From NCBI GenBank assembly GCA_018822435.1, contig JAHJKD010000050.1, positions 1,531-65,530 of the forward strand: a stretch of DNA of 64,000 nt, written 5' to 3'. Positions within the stretch are counted from its first letter, which is position 1. Each line of letters starts with the position of its first letter. Below are positions 58,072 to 64,000 of this stretch, piece by piece. Under the pieces are notes generated by a model, which saw only the letters and a list, made by a program, of their open reading frames with translations, was not told where the DNA came from and made no database searches. The position numbers and the translations under genes were made by a program. This DNA comes from Patescibacteria group bacterium (GTDB lineage Bacteria; Patescibacteriota; Patescibacteriia; UBA9570; JAHJKD01).

Positions 58072-60399
58072 TTATTCTTCTTTACTTTCTTCCTCAGATT
58101 CTTCTTCTGTCATTTCTTCCTCTTCTGAATTATTCTCTTCACTTATTTCTGGTTCGTCAATTTTTACTTCTTCTTCACTATCCTCAGTAACATTACCCGT
58201 CTGCTCTTCATCTCTTTCAAAAAACTTATCGCCCTTAACCAATATTTCCCTTGGTTTAGCGCCATCAGCCGGCCCAATAATGCCCTGTTCTTCCATGATA
58301 TCTAAAATTCGGGCAGCCCGGGCATATCCGATTCGGAGTCTTCGTTGTAAAAGTGAGGCAGAAGCTTTTTGGGCTCTGATTACCACTTCTTTTGCTTCAG
58401 GCAATAACTCATCTTCCGCTTCATCAAAGCTGCCATTAGCGCCGCCCCCGGCACTGCTTGTCTGGATCTCTGTTACATCTTCAGTATATTCCGGCTTAGC
58501 TTTGCCTTTTAGGAAATTAGCCACATTTTCAATTTCATGATCTGTCAGTAATGCGCCCTGCAAACGTTTGGGGCTGGAAAGGCTGGCTGAAATATAAAGC
58601 ATGTCTCCTTTTCCTAATAATTTCTCTGCCCCAGAATGGTCAAGAATAGTTCTTGAGTCTACTAAGGAAGCCACATTAAAGGCAATACGAGAAGTAATAT
58701 TAGCTTTGATCAAACCAGTGATAACATCAACTGAAGGCCTTTGAGTAGCCAATACTAAATGAATGCCCACGGCTCTGGCCATTTGTGCTAATCTGGTAAT
58801 GGCTGCTTCCACGTCTCGGGCGGCTGTCGCCATCAAATCAGCTAATTCATCCACTACTAATACTATGAAAGGCATTTTCGCATCTGGATTAGCCGAATTG
58901 TATGCGTTTATATCTCTTTTACCTGATTGTGATAATAATTCATAACGCCTGTCCATTTCTGCTACCACCCATTTCAAAGCGTTAATTGTCTTTTTAACAT
59001 CTGTAATAACCGGCGTCAATAAATGAGGGATGTCATTGTAGACTGTAAATTCTACTCTTTTTGGATCAACTAATATTAATTTCAAATCATCTGGTCCGTT
59101 CTGGAAAAGCAAGCTCATGATAATGGCATTAATACAAACAGATTTACCAGATCCAGTCGCGCCAGCAATCAGTAGATGAGGCATGGTGCCAAGGTCAACC
59201 ATGGACATTTTACCGGACACGTCCCGGCCCAGGCATATCGTCAGATCACTTTTTCTTTGTTTTTTGAATTCCGATGAAGCTAGCATCTCTTTCAGGCCCA
59301 CTATAGCCACGGCCTTGTTCGGCACCTCAATGCCAACCAAAGATTTTCCCGGGATCGGTGCTTCTATTCTGACCGGATGCGCGGCCAGAGCAAGAGCCAA
59401 ATCATTAGAAAGAGTTGTAATCTGAGATATTTTCACGCCTTCGGCCGGATGCATGGCATATTGGGTCACCGTCGGGCCGACAGAAACATCAGCCATGTCC
59501 ACTTCAATGCCAAAATTATCCAAAGCTTGTTTGATCTTTTCTTTATTGGCGTCTATGTCGCCGGCGGACGGCTTGCCTTTCTTTTCTTCCAACAATTCAA
59601 GCGGGATGGCGATTTGCCTTCTCTTTCTCTTTAAAGTTGGCATCAATTCCATTTGCTCGCCGTCACCTTTTCCGGCCACTTCTTTTGTTTTAAATTTAGC
59701 CTCTTCCCCGTCTTCTGGATTTTCTTCACCTTCGGCCATTTCTTCAGTCACAAAACTAGATTTTTCAATGCCATCGTCAATGGCTCCATCTTTTTTAAAC
59801 AAGGCAGTAGCTTTGTACCAGGTCCGCCTGAAAATATTTCCTGACGGAGCTTTTTCCATGATCCGGGAAAGCGACCAATTAAACATAAGCAACCAGGAAA
59901 TCGCAAACAAAGCAATCAAAACTACTAATGCTCCCCAGAAGCTTAAAGCCTTTTCTAAAGTATATCCAAAAACATAGCCCAGATATCCGCCACTATGGCT
60001 TTCATTGGATAAAAGATCAAACAATCCGAAAAAGCTTAAAACAAAAATTGCCAATCCAATATAATTGGTAACTTTTATTTCATATTTTTCCGGAAATATT
60101 AAAATGTATCCAAAAACGATCAAAACCAAAGGCGCCACATATTTGCCCCAACCGAGAGCCATGTCCATGCCCGTATCCAGCCATCCGCCGATCCGGCCCG
60201 CTCCCCCGAACATGGAAAGCAGCAATAATAAAGCCAGCGCAAATAAAGCCACGATCACAATGCCTTTTTGCGTGTCCTTAGAAAGCCCGGCTACAGAGCT
60301 AGGATCATCCTCTTGTTCTGTGTCTTTGCCTTTTCTTCTCTTCTCTTTCTTGTCTTTCTTTTCTTTGGCTTTTTTTAATTTTTTCCTCTTTCTTGCCAT
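58072..60399 (-). CDS. ftsK: DNA translocase FtsK/SpoIIIE
   Basis: 775 aa. N-terminal TM helices. Walker A AGATGSGKSV. Walker B LVVDELADLM. Confidence 0.9.
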   Translation of the reverse strand: MARKRKKLKKAKEKKDKKEKRRKGKDTEQEDDPSSVAGLSKDTQKGIVIVALFALALLLLLSMFGGAGRIGGWLDTGMDMALGWGKYVAPLVLIVFGYILIFPEKYEIKVTNYIGLAIFVLSFFGLFDLLSNESHSGGYLGYVFGYTLEKALSFWGALVVLIALFAISWLLMFNWSLSRIMEKAPSGNIFRRTWYKATALFKKDGAIDDGIEKSSFVTEEMAEGEENPEDGEEAKFKTKEVAGKGDGEQMELMPTLKRKRRQIAIPLELLEEKKGKPSAGDIDANKEKIKQALDNFGIEVDMADVSVGPTVTQYAMHPAEGVKISQITTLSNDLALALAAHPVRIEAPIPGKSLVGIEVPNKAVAIVGLKEMLASSEFKKQRKSDLTICLGRDVSGKMSMVDLGTMPHLLIAGATGSGKSVCINAIIMSLLFQNGPDDLKLILVDPKRVEFTVYNDIPHLLTPVITDVKKTINALKWVVAEMDRRYELLSQSGKRDINAYNSANPDAKMPFIVLVVDELADLMATAARDVEAAITRLAQMARAVGIHLVLATQRPSVDVITGLIKANITSRIAFNVASLVDSRTILDHSGAEKLLGKGDMLYISASLSSPKRLQGALLTDHEIENVANFLKGKAKPEYTEDVTEIQTSSAGGGANGSFDEAEDELLPEAKEVVIRAQKASASLLQRRLRIGYARAARILDIMEEQGIIGPADGAKPREILVKGDKFFERDEEQTGNVTEDSEEEVKIDEPEISEENNSEEEEMTEEESEEESKEE

Positions 60400-60670
60400 T
60401 TTTAAATAAAAAAAATAGGGTATATCTATCTTATTTTACCACTATTTCACCCCTTCGTCAAAGCTAAGCTTTGCCCCTAAGTTGTCTTTAAAAGCACATA
60501 CCATATTACATATAAAAAAACCAAAACCGCTGCCAGGCTGATATACTTCATTATCAGCGAAGCGTCTTTGGATAAGTGTTTTTTCTTAATCTTTTTCTCT
60601 TCCATAGTATTCTTATCCTATACTATATTATAAAAAATTCCAAGTAGAGTTATATGCTATAATAAAACAT

Positions 60671-60991
60671 ATGAAAATCATCTACGACCAAAATCCGCCC
60701 ATCAACATGCGCAACCTGCTCATGAAAATCGGTTATCACGAACATTATGACTATAAAATGAAAAGGTCTTCTTTTGTTTCTCCCCTTAGCTCTGGTTATT
60801 ACCCCCGCTTTCATATTTATACAAAGGATAAACACGACGGCTCCATAGAGCTTGATCTTCATCTTGATCAAAAAAAGGCCTCATACAAAGGTACGAAGGC
60901 CCATATGGGCGAGTCTGACTCTTCTAATGTTTTAGAAGAAGGCGCCCGCATCCAGCGCTGGCTGGATTACGCCCGCATCCAGCGCCGTTAA
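60671..60991 (+). CDS. Hypothetical protein
   Basis: 106-aa ORF. A TATAAT sits 10 nt before the ATG (leaderless-type). Confidence 0.4.
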   Translation: MKIIYDQNPPINMRNLLMKIGYHEHYDYKMKRSSFVSPLSSGYYPRFHIYTKDKHDGSIELDLHLDQKKASYKGTKAHMGESDSSNVLEEGARIQRWLDYARIQRR

Positions 60992-62800
60992 TTACTCCCA
61001 TTCAATCGTTCCTGGCGGTTTATTTGTAATATCGTAAAAGATATAATCTATGCCTTTTATTTTTTTCAAACGGTTTACCAGTAATTTCAGCAAGTGGTCG
61101 TCCATGCGGTAAAAATTTACAGTCATGGCTTCTTCAGATTCAATCGGCCTAAGAACGATAGATTCGCCTTTATTGCCAAACGGCACTAACACGACCGGGT
61201 TTTGCCAGATATCTTTATAAATCTCTTTTTCCCGCATAAATCTGGTCACTTCATCATCCACTTCCCGGAGTAAGTCTAATCTCTTTTTTGTCAGAGTCGC
61301 TTTTTTCATTTTTGCCTCGCTGGAAATCTTCTTCTTGTCCACTAAATAGATAACTCTGTTAATATCTTTGTCATTGGTAATATTAATGGAAAGAGTATTT
61401 AATAGTTCCCAGTCCGTCTCGCCGATAATTACGGCCGGGTGGCGATAGGTTCTTTCGTCTCCTTGCACACCCACGCTTTTAACAGGTAAAATCTCTACAT
61501 CTAGACCGTGCGGTTTAACATATTTTCCTAATTTATCTAAAATTCGCTTTTTCTCCTCTACTTTCTCTTTTCCATCTGAACAAAGACAGCGGATGGCCAG
61601 GCCCGGACCGGGAAAAGGATGCCGTGATAAAAGTTCCCTGTTTATTTTCAATTGCTTGCCTAACTCCCTAACTTCATCTTTATAAAAATCCGCAATCGGT
61701 TCAATTATCTTTCCCTCATCCATCATCTCCTGGATCAGGTCTACCCGGTTATGATGGGTTTTGATTTTATCCGCGTGTTGGGTGCTGCCGGATTCAATCG
61801 TGTCCGGATAAATCGTGCCCTGCCCGAGGAGCCAACCTTCTTTGTCTGGGTCAATGTCTAATTTTTCCATTTCTTCATTGGCGATATTCACGAACATCTC
61901 TCCGATGATCTGCCTCTTTTTTTCCGGATCAATCACGCCTTCTACCGCTTTTAAAAATCTGGCCGAAGCATCAACCATATGTAAATCCGGAAAACCGGCC
62001 TTTTTTAAGAATTCCATTACTTTCTTGCTTTCATCTTTTCTCATGAAACCGTTGTCCACGTGCAGACCGTATACATCATCCAAACCAAGCGCTTTTTCCA
62101 GTAAGGCAAAACTGACAGTTGAATCAACTCCGCCAGAAACCAGCAAAAATACATTTTTATTTTTTGCTTCGGTTTTTAAGGTATTCATTAATTCTATCGT
62201 CATGTCATCAACTTTCCAGTCCGGCTTCATTTTACAAATATCAAATACAAAATTAGATAATATATCCTGGCCGTGTTTGGTATGGTTCACTTCCGGATGG
62301 AATTGAAACCCGTAAACCTTTTTTGCTTTATTGCGCATAGCTGCCACTGGACAATCCGTAGTCGCCCCGATCAGTTCAAAGCCTTCTGGCATTTTCACGA
62401 CTTGATCGCCATGACTCATCCAAATTCGTTCTTTGTCCTTTAGACCCTTGAAAATATCATCTTTTTCTTCCACAAACAGATCGGCCTGGCCATATTCGCC
62501 CTGATCACCAGAAAGTAATGTTCCGCCTAAATATGTCGCTATTAATTGATGGCCATAGCACAAACCCAAAACAGGCACACCCATTTTGAATATACCGGGG
62601 TCAAATCTTAAAAAACCCTTATCTTTTACAATCGATCTAGGACCGCCAGATAAAATAATGCCGCCAATGTTCTTCACTTTAGAAAAATCCGTATCAGGTG
62701 CGTAAATTTTGGCTAAAACATCAAGCTGCCTGATTCTTCTGGAAATCAGGTGTGTATATTGGGATCCGAAGTCTAAAATTGCGATTTGTTTATGTTCCAT
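60992..62800 (-). CDS. guaA: GMP synthase (glutamine-hydrolysing)
   Basis: 602 aa. GATase LCYGHQL. PP-loop LLVSGGVDSTV. C-terminus ...PPGTIEWE. Confidence 0.9.
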   Translation of the reverse strand: MEHKQIAILDFGSQYTHLISRRIRQLDVLAKIYAPDTDFSKVKNIGGIILSGGPRSIVKDKGFLRFDPGIFKMGVPVLGLCYGHQLIATYLGGTLLSGDQGEYGQADLFVEEKDDIFKGLKDKERIWMSHGDQVVKMPEGFELIGATTDCPVAAMRNKAKKVYGFQFHPEVNHTKHGQDILSNFVFDICKMKPDWKVDDMTIELMNTLKTEAKNKNVFLLVSGGVDSTVSFALLEKALGLDDVYGLHVDNGFMRKDESKKVMEFLKKAGFPDLHMVDASARFLKAVEGVIDPEKKRQIIGEMFVNIANEEMEKLDIDPDKEGWLLGQGTIYPDTIESGSTQHADKIKTHHNRVDLIQEMMDEGKIIEPIADFYKDEVRELGKQLKINRELLSRHPFPGPGLAIRCLCSDGKEKVEEKKRILDKLGKYVKPHGLDVEILPVKSVGVQGDERTYRHPAVIIGETDWELLNTLSINITNDKDINRVIYLVDKKKISSEAKMKKATLTKKRLDLLREVDDEVTRFMREKEIYKDIWQNPVVLVPFGNKGESIVLRPIESEEAMTVNFYRMDDHLLKLLVNRLKKIKGIDYIFYDITNKPPGTIEWE

Positions 62801-62862
62801 ATAGGCTTATTTTAGCAAAAAATTTTTACTTTGGCCAGATACAATTTTATCTTAAAAACATT

Positions 62863-62896
62863 GACTTTTTCGCTAATTTCTGCTAAAATTACATAT
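62863..62896 (+). promoter_or_regulatory. Sigma70-like promoter TTGACT-17-TAAAAT
   Basis: ttgactttttcgctaatttctgctaaaat. Confidence 0.4.
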
Positions 62897-63307
62897 ATGC
62901 CTGAACCAAAACCAGAACGACAACCTGATCTGGCCCGCAAGATCCAAAGAGAATTTGGAATTATTTTGATCAAAGAGGGTGACGTTGACTTTGACAGTGA
63001 CATGTATAACGCAACCTTAGAAAATCTTTATAAAACATTAAAAGCACTGAAAAAAATTGATGAAAGAGAAGGCAATCAATTTATTCGCGGAACAAGTATT
63101 TTTATAAGCGATGAAGAACCAGAAAATGCTACGCCAGATGGGATTCGGGGGCATAGCGTCAAATGGGGGGATACACCAGCAGCAATGTTGAAAAAATTGC
63201 AAATAGTCAGGAAAAAGCGCGGCGAAATTTTCAACGATGAAAGGAAGACTCTCCCTTTAGACGCGGATGATGAAGACAATAAAGAAACCTTCAATACTGA
63301 CGAATAA
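62897..63307 (+). CDS. Hypothetical protein
   Basis: Start set at ATG 62897 (MPEPKPERQ), just downstream of the promoter. The tracked start at 62831 lies upstream of the promoter. Confidence 0.4.
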   Translation: MPEPKPERQPDLARKIQREFGIILIKEGDVDFDSDMYNATLENLYKTLKALKKIDEREGNQFIRGTSIFISDEEPENATPDGIRGHSVKWGDTPAAMLKKLQIVRKKRGEIFNDERKTLPLDADDEDNKETFNTDE

Positions 63308-63351
63308 TAAATATTAAGACCCGTAAATTAGCTCTGAGTGACCGGCAATAA

Positions 63352-64000
63352 TCAGTGTTTGAAAGCGCGTGAACCAGTAAACACCATCGGGATCTTGTGT
63401 TCATTGCAAGCGGCGATCACCTCGGCATCGCGCTTGGACCCGCCAGGCTGAATAATGGCCCGAATTTTTTTATCCGCAATTTCATCAATGGAGTCGCGGA
63501 AAGGGAAAAAGGCGTCAGATGCTAAAATGCATCCTTCTACATTACCTTCTGCTTTCATAAGAGCGACCTTAGTGGAATCAACCCGGCTCATCTGGCCCGC
63601 GCCCACTCCCACTGTGGTCATATCTCTAGTAAATAAAATTCCGTTTGATTTGATGTGCTTGATCACTTTCCAGGCAAAAAGCATTTCCTGGATATCTTCT
63701 TTTTTTGGCTTAATTTTTGTGGCCACTTCCAGATCCTTTTCCGTAACAATCAGCCTGTCCAGATCCTGAATCAACATGCCGCCCACAACTTTTCTCATGT
63801 CCCATAAATGCGGTTCCTTAGAAATCGGTCCGACTTCAATCAAACGCAAATTCTTTTTCTTGGCTAACACGTCATGGGCGTCATTATCAAAGCTCGGGGC
63901 AATTACAATTTCCACGAATACTTTGGCCAGCTCTTCCGCAATTTCTTTAGTACAGTCTCGGTTCAAAGCAATGACCCCGCCAAAAGCAGAGAGAGAATCT
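63352..64000 (-). CDS. purH: Bifunctional AICAR transformylase/IMP cyclohydrolase PurH (N-terminus beyond window end)
   Basis: C-terminal ...HKIPMVFTGSRAFKH and SAFGGVIA...EIVIAPSF blocks. The frame stays open to position 64000. The tracked TTG at 63966 is internal. Confidence 0.75.
   Translation of the reverse strand, partial: DSLSAFGGVIALNRDCTKEIAEELAKVFVEIVIAPSFDNDAHDVLAKKKNLRLIEVGPISKEPHLWDMRKVVGGMLIQDLDRLIVTEKDLEVATKIKPKKEDIQEMLFAWKVIKHIKSNGILFTRDMTTVGVGAGQMSRVDSTKVALMKAEGNVEGCILASDAFFPFRDSIDEIADKKIRAIIQPGGSKRDAEVIAACNEHKIPMVFTGSRAFKH

Overview
This is an AT-rich bacterial chromosome segment, roughly 40% GC judged by eye and not computed. Its gene content and style fit a Candidate Phyla Radiation/Patescibacteria-like organism (inference). 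Supporting traits are mostly SD-less or leaderless starts, a short UvrC, a tandem GxxExxY gene, a bacterial Elp3 homologue and a 1679-aa beta-helix surface protein. Core genes present are folD-glyA, an elp3 operon, glmM-gpmI-murI, murD-trpS, rnj, tRNA-Leu, secG, pcrA, uvrC/uvrA, epmA-efp, tRNA-Met, groES-groEL with a perfect CIRCE, recA, rodZ-like, ftsK, guaA and purH. Four kinds of accessory structure are interspersed. (1) At least seven short GC-rich, GC3-skewed gene islands. Most carry a canonical AAGGAGG Shine-Dalgarno and their own hairpin terminators. The largest, 2054-4386, carries a class IV aminotransferase plus a secreted Cys-rich protein. (2) A 17-23 kb stretch of single-gene cassettes, each ending in the same terminator-like repeat. 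It includes a MerR-HTH::GHKL-kinase plus STAS(DUF4325) pair with a triple direct-repeat operator. (3) A 2-kb integrative-element remnant at tRNA-Met, bounded by a 42-bp direct repeat that is a tRNA 3'-half, with an excisionase-like gene. (4) Several small intergenic repeat families: palindromes, double-hairpin units, and inverted-repeat elements flanking groESL. No CRISPR array, rRNA or reverse transcriptase was seen.
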